A DNA stretch of 63,947 bases, counting the filler, from Octopus bimaculoides (Eukaryota): assembly GCF_001194135.2 (NCBI RefSeq). It is 4 parts of 3 records of this genome, joined end to end, with 100 filler letters (N's around TTAATTAATTAA, not from the genome) between each part and the next. Parts side by side here need not be neighbours in the genome. Positions count along the whole stretch, not along the records: positions 30,541 to 47,154 come from NC_068991.1; positions 47,255 to 62,826 come from NC_068993.1; 2 more parts are not named here. One strand, 5' to 3'. Under the pieces are notes generated by a model. The model was not told the origin of the DNA, did not search any database, and worked only from the letters and a program-made list of their open reading frames with translations. Positions 39,810 to 52,027 of the stretch are shown piece by piece. Numbering within the stretch: position 1 is the stretch's first letter; the number at the start of each line of letters is the position of its first letter. A program made the position numbers and the translations under genes.

Positions 39810-39980
39810 CGTTGCACGATTTTTTGGTACAGATTACTTTTCCTAGAAGCGAACAGCCACATAAATTACAGCCATCTCCTGCGTGAAAGATTCTTCCAAA
39901 TCTATAAAAGGCACCGTCATGTTTGCAGTAAACGACAGATGTAACAACTGGAAGTGGAAGTGTAGTTGTCGGTTGTTTAT
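39810..39980 (-). CDS. Internal coding exon A (171 nt, phase 1-1) of a secreted-type multi-module VWC/pacifastin-like Cys-rich protein
   Basis: Acceptor tttctttttatacaattcag and donor G|GTTAGT. Open frame KQPTTTLPLPVVTSVVYCKHDGAFYRFGRIFHAGDGCNLCGCSLLGKVICTKKSCN, pattern C-x18-CN-x-C-x-C-x3-G-x3-CT-x3-C. Not in the ORF track because it has no ATG. Confidence 0.88.
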
Positions 39981-41920
39981 CTGAATTGTATAAAAAGAAA
40001 TTGAAATTAAAAAATTAGTGTATTCTTATATCTACCTTTTGAGGCATTGGCAATCAATAAAAGACAAAACAAAACAAAAACAAAACAAACAAAAAGCAAA
40101 GCAAAAGGAAAACATACACACACAATACCAAACTCCTCTCCATTTATTTTATCCTAGTAGAGTTTTTACTGTTTTGATCCCTGCCTAAAATTTATCGTAG
40201 AATTCCCATTAGTAAAAGAAACATACCACAAACAAGTGGGTCTTCGGTGCGCTACTGCAGAATTGTTCTTAACGAATGTAGAGCGTGATGGGGGTAGGTG
40301 TCAGTATGATAATATTCCTGTCTTCGTATAAAAATCGAAACCAAGTCGTAGACTTAGCCTTTATTCTTTTATCCTTCTGGACAAGCAATAAAGTAAGTTC
40401 CAGACGAGTACTGATGTTGTTTTAATCGACTACTCCCAGAAGCAAAATGTGCGGCTATTATCTACATCTTAAACGGTTTCCGGCGTCATCATTAGATCAA
40501 CTTTACTTCACGACCTTCTGGAGTCGATAAAATAAAATACTATTCGTATACTAGGGTCGATAGAATCGACTTTTTCCTGTTCCTTCCCACCCCGACAAGA
40601 AATTGATATTATAAGGGTAATGGATACTAAGAGGGTAGTTAAGGTAGAGTCAGATAAAGATTTTTGCAGAATTTAGTTTCGTTTCCAAGTTATAAACCAT
40701 TATTATTAGGTTTATTAGGCTAATGAATGGCGGATGATGTATGGTGTTCATCTAGATGTCTTTACGTTGAAGCCTCAATACCCACTATAGTCATTTTTTA
40801 CCTTCGAGATTTCCAGGATCAATAATGTAAAAAAATCGACAGGTAACAAGACTGATATAATCGACTTTATCCTTCCCTGGTTTGTTGTCTCATGCCTAAG
40901 TTCGAAATATTTAAATCATTGATTAGATATGACGACGATAAAAGGCTATGATGTCAGTATATAACTGGTATGTTTTCCCCGAGGGTGGGGATACCAGGTT
41001 AAACCGAATTAGTATTACAAACCAATAAATCATTCACTTTTCAAATTCTGCCACTGCATACAGTTGGGAATATTACTACCATGTAACACCTACTGAGGTT
41101 ATGTGAATTGAAATCACTTAAAACTTAGGCTCCTGACAAATTTTAACATTGGTAGCAGGATATGAATCGATAACTTCCGGACTGATAGTTCGAATAACCG
41201 TTGGATTCTGTCATCAAATATCATTTTAAGAACAGAAGAACTGGGAGATTGTGCCAATGGCATAAACTGTATATGTGACTGGAAGTAGCTCTAACACAGA
41301 CTCAATTCATCAGCAATATCTGATACTTAAAAAAAAAACCCTGTAAAACAAACAAGACGAAACAATAATCAAAAAAGAGTACACACAAGTGATTTCTTTT
41401 GGGGAACTTGGTCTTAACACTGAAATATAATGCAATGCTTATAAATTTATATAGCACTCTTCGGTAGTGGAATACTGAACCGCTCCAAGGTACCTAATTA
41501 TAGTTTCGAATTGTATCTGATAGTGACAATGCAGCGCCGATATTGAGAAGAGGTTCACAAACTGTTTGATTGGTTGGATGTCAACTCTGTAACTAAGGTT
41601 CTTGCCAACAAGGCAGTCATTACGTTACTGAATAAACATAAGATTAATGGTGGAATTCCACTAATTTGTGTCCTTAAGTAAATTTTTTCTCCTGTATAAG
41701 TTTGTAATATTTCTCACTCCAAAAGCAGTCAATTAATTAGAACGTCACGAATGAATGTTTGCTCTGATAAATCGTGTTTCACACAAGCGACACTTTGGAT
41801 ACTAACACTATTGAGACACCCATTTGCTCTTGGTCGTTTTAAAAATTTCTTCTATTCTATAAAAAGAAATATTTTCTTTTTATAGGGAATAAAATAAACA
41901 GGTGCTTTTTTACCCCCTCT

Positions 41921-41986
<66 letters not shown>

Positions 41987-42312
41987 CTCTCTCTCACTTT
42001 CTGTCTCTTCCTCCCCCTCATTCTTCTTTATTCTCTTTCCATCTCTCTCTTAAGCCTATATTTGTTGAGGTAGATAAAAACACTATTCACTTAAATAAGA
42101 ACCAACTGGATAGGTTTCCATTTCAGCTGTCGTGAGTCTTGCATCAATTAAAACTAAAGAGCGACGCAATGACATGTTGCATAATAAATGGTGGTTTGTG
42201 AACATATGGCAGGCCAAATTAAACTTTTGTCTATGGTTTTCGTCATTTGGATATTTCTTAAACATTAGACTATAAATCTTTAACCACGGTTCCACAAATA
42301 ATACATAAGTAA

Positions 42313-42370
42313 ATAAAACTATTCTGTCACGATGTAAAGGGATAAAACTATTCTGTCACAATGTAAAAGG
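42313..42370 (+). repeat. 29-bp tandem duplication
   Basis: ataaaactattctgtcacgatgtaaaggg / ataaaactattctgtcacaatgtaaaagg. Confidence 0.9.
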
Positions 42371-43164
42371 TGGGGTAGATAAGATATGAACAAGCTGCAC
42401 ATCGGCTGTGAGATCATATCAGTTGCTAGCATTTCATTGTGTTGCTGAGCAAAGGTCTTCATTCTACATTACTTCATTACACCCAGCTGTCGAGAATAGA
42501 GTGTATGTCTCCCTGGAAACTTGCCTACTGAAACATCCTTTTACAGTGGGAAATTTCACTACTCCATGGCACCTAGTTACAGTCCAAAACTAAGTATTTT
42601 ATAAGTATTTTAGAAGGCTGAAATGTAGTACTACTGTTGAGAAGAGACCTGTTGACTCTCTGATTGGTAGGCTGCCTAAAAGATAATGAATCTCCCACCC
42701 ACGTAAAACGATGAAAAGGGAATCAATTACCTGTCCTTATAAACGTCCTGGATTGCAGGAAGTATGTGCAAGTATATCTTGTCTTATATTAGTAAAGAAT
42801 TTGAAATATTGGTTTTCGTTTCATTCGTAATTAAGAATAACGAAAGTATAAAACGAGTATTAAAATGAACAAAGAAGGACAAAGACAAGGATGAGAAAAA
42901 TGAATAAGTATCGTTGGGAATGAAAAGAGCTGGGTAAAGAAGGGAAAACTGAATGAACCAAAGATATGTACGAATGATGGAAGAAAGGAAGGAAAAACTG
43001 AAAAAGGAGTGAATAAAGATAGAAATAGGTGCAAAAGTGGCTGTAAGGTAAGAAGCTTGCTTCCCAACGACATGGTTTCGGGTTTAGTCCCCCTGAATGC
43101 CACTTTGGGCAAGTGTCTTCTGCTATTGTCTCGGGCCAACAAAAGCTTTGTGAATGGATATATA

Positions 43165-45271
43165 CAGTGATATCTTGCAGTACGAGTTGAATTCGTTCCA
43201 TGACCAACCTCGTTTTACGATTTATGCGTTTTACAAATCAATTCCCCATTGAAATTAATTAAAATATAATTAATCCGTTCCAGCGCCAAATAATTTTTTA
43301 TGGGTTTTAAAACAGAAAAGGTGCAGTTACAAGGAAAATGACAATTATAAAAACATAATAAAAGAGAATGCAAAGGAAATATGCAAACTAGTTTTATCAA
43401 TTTAATTACTCTAAAGATGGGACGATTTGTGCGTGAGGAAGGTGAAGCGGGGAGGCGGAGGATTATTGTTTGGAAGAAGAATCTCCTTCCATTAAGACTT
43501 CAGGCGTTTTCTCTCTCGCTTCGCTTAATCTAGACGTTTTGGACACACTTTTTTCACTTTCACCCTTGCAGGTTGTTTCATTAGAAACATATCAAAGCAA
43601 GTTTTCTTTTTCCTGCCTTTCAAAATGCTACGAAAATGCGCCAGAGCAGTGTCATCAAATAAAGCAGCTGCACGACCTGTAGTACTTTTCCAGGACGATT
43701 TTTTTCTACAAATTCAGAAACATACTGCCACTTTGCCAACACTGCCTTTATGTTACTCGTAGATATAGCCTTCTCCGCTATAATGTCCTCCTCCAGAGAA
43801 CCAATCTCTTCCACCGCACCCGAATGCTGCTGCTCCTGAAGCTGCAAGAGTCCATCTGTCGTCAGCTCCTCTGGGCGTTCCTCGACGAGATCGTGAATGT
43901 CCTCATTGTCAACCTCGAGGTCCATGGACTTGTCAAGAGACACTTTCTTCTCAACTATAGGTGTCTCTGACTCAAACCCATCGAAGTCTCTTTCGAATAC
44001 GCAGTCAGCCACAGCTTCCATCACGCAGAATTTAGCGTTCTTCTCGTTACACTGCTTGGACATATCGATGATTTTTAGGCAGTTAACCATGTTGTAGTGC
44101 TTCTTCCAAAACTCGTGAAGGGTCAAATTTGTATTTTCGGTGACTTCAAGGCACCGATAAAGCAGGTGTTTGATGTACAATTCTTAAAATCAGAAATCAC
44201 CTGTTGGTCCATGGGCTGCAAGATAGAGGTAGTGTTGCATGAAAGGTACGGAACTTTTATGAATTTAAATACCTCCATTGACACAAAGGGCAAGAGTTAG
44301 CCTATCTTTCATAGGCTTGTGGCTTGGCATTTGCTTCTCCTCTGCAGTAATGTAGGTTTTTGTGGGAATTTTTTCCAAAAAAGGCCAGTTTCATCACAGT
44401 TGAATACCTCTTGTGCGATGTATCCCTCGGCTGCGATGAGCTGACGGAATTCACGCACAAAATCCTTAGCTGCCTTCGTATCAGAACTCGTTGCTTCTCC
44501 ATACCTAATGACGCTATGAACACCAGTCCTCTTCTTGAAATTATCGAACCATTTGCGACTGGCCTTAAATGCGTCTGCTGATGTCACCTCCGTCGATGTT
44601 CAAGGGTTCGGCTTCAGGAGATCCCTATACAGCGCTCGTGCTTTCTCGAAGATGATGTGCTCCATAATCGTATCCCTTGCGAGTTGTTTCTCGTTGATCC
44701 ACAGGAGAAGCAATTTTTCCATTTCTTCGTGGACAGATGTGCGTTGCTTGGAGAGCCTGGAGACACCCTTTACTGTTGTAAATGCCTAGTTATCATCTTT
44801 TTTCTTCAGGATGGTGCAGATCGTCGACGTGCTTCGGTCGTATTGAAGTGCTATGTCCGCAACACGCACTCATCTCTCATGTTTATTAATGATTTCCTTC
44901 AATTCTATCGCAATCAGCTTTTTCTTCTCAGCACTGTCCTTTGCACTAACCTTCTTAGGACCCATGGCTAACACAACTAATTATTATAAAATGATAGCAA
45001 AAAAACGCACAAAGCTAAAAAACAAACAAACAAAAAACACTGGGAAAAGCACAATAGCTGCCAAAACGTGATAAACACATGAACTGAGCGAGTGGAGGTT
45101 GTGCTTGTTGGGAAAGCGTATGCGAGCTCAGCGCCGACTAGTGGTCGCTTATATGAAGGTCGCTTGTACTTCCGATTTCCACTCGTACTTCAAGACAAAA
45201 ATTCGCACGAGCCACGGCTCGCACAGGAAATTATTCGTTCAATGGTGCACGCGTACTGCGAGGTTCTACTG
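43165..45271 (-). mobile_element. Tigger/pogo (Tc1-mariner superfamily) DNA transposon with decayed TIGD1-like transposase
   Basis: Frameshifted ORF from ATG 44965 (MGPKKVS...; CENP-B HTH KASRKWFDNFKKRTG; DDE start VFNCDETGLFWKK; LQPMDQQVI; DFDGFE). Imperfect TIRs CAGTGATATCTTGCAGTACGAG (43165-43186) and the reverse complement CAGTAGAACCTCGCAGTACGCG (ends 45271). TA lies to the left of the left TIR. Confidence 0.92.
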
Positions 45272-45399
45272 TGTTTGTGTTTGTGCGTGTGTGTATAATC
45301 AATTAAAAAAAACCAGAGAAAATAGAAAAAAAGAAACAAACGTGAGGACGTAGAACAAGCAATGTATTAATAGGATGCTCGGAGAAAGAAGAGAGTTGT

Positions 45400-45435
45400 T
45401 GTTTTACGTTTCGAGCATAGCTCTTCGTCCGAACA
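45400..45435 (-). ncRNA. Minimal type-I hammerhead-ribozyme-like motif, degenerate core (copy 2)
   Basis: TGTT-CGGACGA-A-GAGC-TAT-GCTC-GAAA-CGTA-AAACA. The flank is homologous to that of copy 1. Confidence 0.55.
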
Positions 45436-45589
45436 GGAAAAAACAAGAAAGTTCAAAGGGAAAGAAGAAAGAAAGAGAAAAATTCGCCAACAGTCCACGT
45501 ACTATTTCATTTCTGAAATGACCGGAAGTAGAAGGAGGAAGAGAATGTGCTTTCTGGGACAGGAGAGTGTGAAGATGGTCGGTATGTGT

Positions 45590-46640
45590 GCGTATGTGTA
45601 TGTGTGTGTGTGTGTGTGTGTGTATGGTAGCGTGTGTGTGTGTGTGTGCGTGGTAGCGTGTGTGTGTATGTACGTGGTAGCGTGTGTGCGTGGTAGCGTG
45701 TGTGTGGTGGTAACTCTGTGTGTGTGTGTGTGTGGTATTAACTGTGTGTTTGTGTTCGTGTGAGTAGTCTGTGAGTGTGTGTGTACCTGTGGTAGGATCT
45801 GTGTGCGTGTGTGTTAATGTCGCTCTGAGAGGTGAGCAGCTATAGTGGCAGGTGTATGAATGGGTGGATGTGGCCGTGTGTGTGCGTGTGTATATGTGTT
45901 TGCATGTGTGCATATGCATGTGTGCGTAGATGAGAGGGCCAATAGTAAGTCAGAGGCAGTCTGAAGGGTGTGTGAATGGGTATGTGTGGCTGTGTGTGTG
46001 AGTTTGTGTTGATATGTGTGCGTAGATGGAGTGACAATGTGTGTATGTGTCTATGTGCACATCTGTATAGGTGCCTCACTCTGTCTCTCTCTGTGTATAT
46101 ATACGTGTGTGTGTACGTGTGTGCGTGTGGGAATGTATGTGTGTTCATGTGCGAGTGAGTGCAAGTGAAAGTGTATGTACGTGCGTGTATATGTGTGCAT
46201 GTGTGTGCGCGTTAGATGTGTGTTGTGTGTGTGGAGGGTTGTGTGTGTGGATGGTTGTGTTTGTGGAGGGTTCTGTGTGTGGTGTGTGTGTGTGTGGAGA
46301 GTTGTGTGTGTAGAGAGTTGTGTGTGTGTGGAGAGTTGTGTGTGTGTGGAGAGTTGTGTGTGTGGAGGTATGTGTGCGTTCATGTGTGTGAGCGAGCGTG
46401 TCTGTGTGTGTGTGTGTGTCTGTGTGAGTGTGTGAGAGGGAGAGAGAGGTGATGTAGAGTATGTGTGCATTGATGTAACCAATAGTTTGGGTATTATGTG
46501 TGCGGACGTGTGTGCGTGCGTGTGTGTATGCGTGTGTGGGAGTGCATGTATGTGTGCGCGCGGGTGTGTGTGGTGTGTGTGTACGTCTGTGCGTGTGTGT
46601 GCACGGGTGTGTATGGTGTGTGTGGTGTGTGGTTTAGGAA
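45590..46640. repeat. About 1 kb of degenerate (TG)n simple sequence with an internal ~18-bp GTGTGTGGAGAGTTGTGT repeat
   Basis: Read directly. Confidence 0.9.
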
Positions 46641-47154
46641 TATAAAAAAATAAAAAATAATACAAATGAATAATGAAAAATAAAAATTAGTAATAATAGA
46701 AAAATAAATGAAAAAGTTTATCTGAATGAATCAGTAACAAAAATATATTAAAAAATCAGTAACAGAAAAAAATCAATAACAGAAATAAATGAAAAATAAT
46801 AAAATAAAAATAAAAAAAATAAAGGAATAAAAATAAAATAGAATAAAGCGTTTTTTTTAAAGGGGTGCGCGGAGGGTCCCTGAGAGGAGGGGGGCTGTGT
46901 TGAGTCAGAAAGGAGTTTGAGGACATAGAGGGAAAATGTAACGCTGTTCCAGGCGGAGTCTAGAGTTGGTGGATTCATGGTGTAAGGCAAGGCCGAAGAC
47001 AGTGAAGTCTGAGATGGAGTGGTCAGCCATGCGAAAACGACGGGCGACGCGGGTGTTCTTACGTAGACGAACGAGTGAACCGGTCGGCTATCCGGCAACT
47101 CAAAATATTGCAAAAAGTAATATAGCATTTCCAAATTTTCCACGTAAACCCATT

Positions 47155-47254
47155 NNNNNNNNNNNNNNNNNNNNNNNNNNNNNNNNNNNNNNNNNNNNTT
47201 AATTAATTAANNNNNNNNNNNNNNNNNNNNNNNNNNNNNNNNNNNNNNNNNNNN
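47155..47254. other. Artificial 100-nt assembly join
   Basis: 44 N + TTAATTAATTAA + 44 N. Confidence 0.95.
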
Positions 47255-47529
47255 ACGTGTCTGTGGAGTGCTCAGTCACTTGCACGTTAATTTCATGAGC
47301 AAGCTGTTCCGTTGATCGGATCAGCTGGGACCATCGTCGTCGTCGCCGACGGAGTGCTCCTACTATGTGTGTGTGTGTGTATGTATGTATGTGTATATAG
47401 ACATATGGGTGTACAAATATGGAGTAAAAATAATGACCAATAATGACATTACAAGAGAAACCGTTTTTATAAATAAGGTATTAGCGAAACACTTGAAACA
47501 CGGACAGACAGACAGACAGACAGACAGAC

Positions 47530-47568
<39 letters not shown>

Positions 47569-48320
47569 CAGTTTTGGGAATGTCAACACGCACACAAATA
47601 CAAGCATCGACTCACACTTTCATACAGACACAGACATATGTATATATGTATACATATATATGTGTCTATGTGCGAAAAAGAGAGAGAGAGAAGGAAGGAA
47701 GCAGAGAGACAGAGAGATACTGATAGAGAACGAGACAGACAGAACAGACAAACAGACAGAACAGACATACAGACAGACAAACAGACATTGAGAGACTAAA
47801 CTGTAGTTTGCTTTGAACATAGCAAGATGCATGCAAAAACAGTGAATCAGAAAACAAAGGCAATGCTTTGGGGGAAACATTAAAGAAAAGTACAAAAATG
47901 GAACTTTTACTTCAAAACACTTAATAATCCGATAATTCGGTTGCAAATACTATTTTTCGAGGAAACTTTATGACAGAGAATGTGTCGTGGTTCGTAGCTG
48001 TTTCCTGAAATTGGTAGAGATGACAGAGAATTAGGTAGCGAAGAGTTAATACAAATAGAATTGTGCATTGACTAAGAAAACAGTGGTTATAACACATACG
48101 ATATGAGGAAGCGTATATTTATCAGGGTTGTTTGTGAAAATGAACGAGAAAGTGTAATGTTTAACGTTATGTAAGCCATTGATCAAACAGCGAGTGTAAG
48201 AAGAAAGGACTTTGAGGAGAGAAAGAGCCGTTTTAAAGTTTGCAGATGGTTTGACGAAGGTAAGCAAAAGCGTGTAAATTTAAGTAATATAATGGCTTTA
48301 ACTGTTTGTCAAGGGCCAGC

Positions 48321-48354
<34 letters not shown>

Positions 48355-48699
48355 AGAAGGGAGAAGTTGATAACATCAACTCCGGTGCTTAACTGGTAAT
48401 TTATTTTATCGTTCCCTGAAAGGATGAAAAGCAAAAGTCGACCCCTTCGGTATTAGAACTTGGAACCTAAAGAACGATGAAATGCCGCTAAGCATTAGCT
48501 CTCCGCCTTCATCTGTCAGTCGCCCTAATAATCCTTTCTTTCAAGTGGGTGCATCTGTTCACATAGGAATCTCAATGGAACTTTTTGGTATGTCTTACAA
48601 ATCTTCATCGTGCCACTAATAGATTGGATTTGGAGATTCTGTCTCAGTTTCTGTGAAACTAAGTATTTCAAGATTTTTGTGCAAATCTGTTGGTGCATA

Positions 48700-49140
48700 G
48701 CTTAATACACCGATGATGCTAGGTGCAAATGGGAATTCATAGTTAGGATACAAGAGCTATATGCTCCGCATTAATTCACCATAAAGGATGACGGTTAAAA
48801 CAAGATATCCCGAATTATTGCTTACGTAAGATAGGCAGATATTATAACAAGGAATATATCTAAGTACAGCTATAAAATATCTATCGCCAAATCCCTTCTT
48901 AGACAAGCTCTTAAATCTTCGTCCACTAGAAGAGCGTTAAATAAGGATTATCTTACGTTTAAATCATGACTTAAGGACGGACACCCAAATAGATTAGCAT
49001 CATAAAACAACACAAGAACGTGTTCGTTCACAATGATTGAAAGAGATCCAGTAGCTAATAAAGAGTCACAAATCACGTGTGTTGTATACAACGAAGCCAA
49101 ACACAAATTGGTTCGAGACTGGATGATGGCATAATTGAAA
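48700..49140 (+). mobile_element. Possible very old CR1-like LINE 3' fragment
   Basis: Weak GHPNRL / SFTMI / KHKLVRDW* resemblance to CR1 C-termini. Confidence 0.35.
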
Positions 49141-49659
49141 ACACCAGCGTACAACTCAAGTATCACGTTTAACAGCAAACTCTACTTAGAAGTTGTTACA
49201 AAAGCACCATAATGAGATCCTCTTTATCAACCAAAAATCACAAACTAGCAAACCATAGATCATACTGCTATTACTATAATACACATATTTCACAGTAAAC
49301 ATGAAGGCTGTATCATCGACTACAAGAAGTGGGCAAACAAGCACGGCATGTTCTCGTCAGTTGAACATGCATTTGAAGCCAGAAGCCATTGCATCGAGTG
49401 CAAGAAATATTAGACGGAAAATAATGTCAGCTGAGAGTACCAAATGCTAATAGAGAATTTCATAAAAATTAGAAGAATAACTAACACTATAACACACGCA
49501 TAGATACAAGAACAGCTAACAATATAACACGCGCACAGGTTCAATTCCACTCCTTTGTCAATTGGTTAAATATTTATCCAACTGACTAATCGATCGATTG
49601 TTTAACTCGTTTGTTAAACACTCAATCGCTGCCTTTCTCTCTCTCTCTCTATCTCTCAT

Positions 49660-49767
<108 letters not shown>

Positions 49768-50574
49768 TTTACGCCAAAAGTCTTTCGTTGTCATTCGCAA
49801 CCTCTTAATCGTTTCATTGACCGTGACTTCCCAACTCGTTTCGAAACACATGGTGTAATGACTCTCGCAAGACACAGCAGAATTTGTTTCAATACGCAGA
49901 TTCACATAAAAGAATCTTGCAAGCCAAATACAGAAACGAAGTATCAATATAAGTTGAAATACACATAAAAAAAAACATCAACACACCGATACACTACACG
50001 GAAAAAAATCCCCTTCAAATTTACACTAACGCAACCACGGTGTAATTCTAAAATTGGGTATTTATATTATTTTGTTTCATTCATTTATTTTTCTTTCATT
50101 CTTTTTTTTTTTTTCAGATATAACAGTATTCCCACGATGTTTTGTTTCCTACTGCCAAGCGTGCGATCAACACAAAATTATTACCATCATTACATTCTGA
50201 TGATGAGGCTGATAAGGTTCTGAAACATTACTAGATACAGAAATACCTTTGCTCGAAACTAAATATAAAATATTTATGGAACATTCGGAACAAAATCATT
50301 AAATTTGAATATGGTTGCGGTTCATACAAAACCTATGAAAGGAAAACTTTTCCCTGTTTAAACTTATATATGTGAGTGTTTACCCGTCAATATATATATA
50401 GGTATACAAGTATATACGTGAATATACATATGCTAGTGTGTGCGCGCATGTGTGCCTGCGTGTGTGTACAAATATATATGTATGTGTGTGTGTGTGTGTG
50501 TGTATACTAACAGCCGTACCCTACGCATCTATTCGTATACATTTATAATAGTAAAAACTTATATATGCGAACGC

Positions 50575-50705
50575 ACCTAAGTACTTACACTTGCATACGC
50601 ACTTCCATACACACACGCACGCACACAGTCATATGCACACACACACACACAAAACACACACACACACACACATGCACACAATCGCACACGCACGCATACA
50701 CATAC

Positions 50706-50736
<31 letters not shown>

Positions 50737-50980
50737 TGCGCGCACAGTCATACACACACGCACACACACAAATACACATGCGCGCGCACATTCATACACA
50801 CACGTACACACACATACGCACTTACACGCACACACACACACACACATAGACGCGCGTGCGCACTCATACACACGCACACATACCCATACACACACGCGTG
50901 CACATACGCACACAAACACACAGTCACACACACATGCACACACGCGTGCACATACGCACACACATATACACACACATAAC
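50575..50980. repeat. Degenerate (CA)n simple sequence
   Basis: Read directly. Confidence 0.9.
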
Positions 50981-51975
50981 TGATGTCTACGTTTGACCTT
51001 TACGTTTCCCCGCCTTTCTGTGAATGGTGCCAATTCACGTCCACATTCGCCATTTCTATTCTTATGTTGATCCCATTCATTCATAAGATCTGCGTTGCTG
51101 ATATTGTAGGCGGTAGTGGCGGCGCTGGTGGGGTGGTGGTGGTGGTGGTGNNNNNNNNNNNNNNNNNNNNNNNNNNNNNNNNNNNNNNNNNNNNNNNNNN
51201 NNNNNNNNNNNNNNNNNNNNNNNNNNNNNNNNNNNNNNNNNNNNNNNNNNNNNNNNNNNNNNNNNNNNNNNNNNNNNNNNNNNNNNNNNNNNNNNNNNNN
51301 NNNNNNNNNNNNNNNNNNNNNNNNNNNNNNNNNNNNNNNNNNNNNNNNNNNNNNNNNNNNNNNNNNNNNNNNNNNNNNNNNNNNNNNNNNNNNNNNNNNN
51401 NNNNNNNNNNNNNNNNNNNNNNNNNNNNNNNNNNNNNNNNNNNNNNNNNNNNNNNNNNNNNNNNNNNNNNNNNNNNNNNNNNNNNNNNNNNNNNNNNNNN
51501 NNNNNNNNNNNNNNNNNNNNNNNNNNNNNNNNNNNNNNNNNNNNNNNNNNNNNNNNNNNNNNNNNNNNNNNNNNNNNNNNNNNNNNNNNNNNNNNNNNNN
51601 NNNNNNNNNNNNNNNNNNNNNNNNNNNNNNNNNNNNNNNNNNNNNNNNNNNNNNNNNNNNNNNNNNNNNNNNNNNNNNNNNNNNNNNNNNNNNNNNNNNN
51701 NNNNNNNNNNNNNNNNNNNNNNNNNNNNNNNNNNNNNNNNNNNNNNNNNNNNNNNNNNNNNNNNNNNNNNNNNNNNNNNNNNNNNNNNNNNNNNNNNNNN
51801 NNNNNNNNNNNNNNNNNNNNNNNNNNNNNNNNNNNNNNNNNNNNNNNNNNNNNNNNNNNNNNNNNNNNNNNNNNNNNNNNNNNNNNNNNNNNNNNNNNNN
51901 NNNTAACACAAACGATGATATTGTTGGTGACACTAAACATGCTGTTATCGTCGTTGTTCTTCTTGTTGTTGTTGC

Positions 51976-52027
<52 letters not shown>

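Noticed and set aside
49294-49411. Plus-strand terminal exon KHEGCIIDYKKWANKHGMFSSVEHAFEARSHCIECKKY*
   Set aside because: No phase-compatible upstream exon was found, there is no recognisable family, and it is adjacent to LINE-like debris.
50195-50235. Hammerhead-like CTGATGA...GAAAC
   Set aside because: Stem II does not pair convincingly and there is no NUH triplet with stem I.
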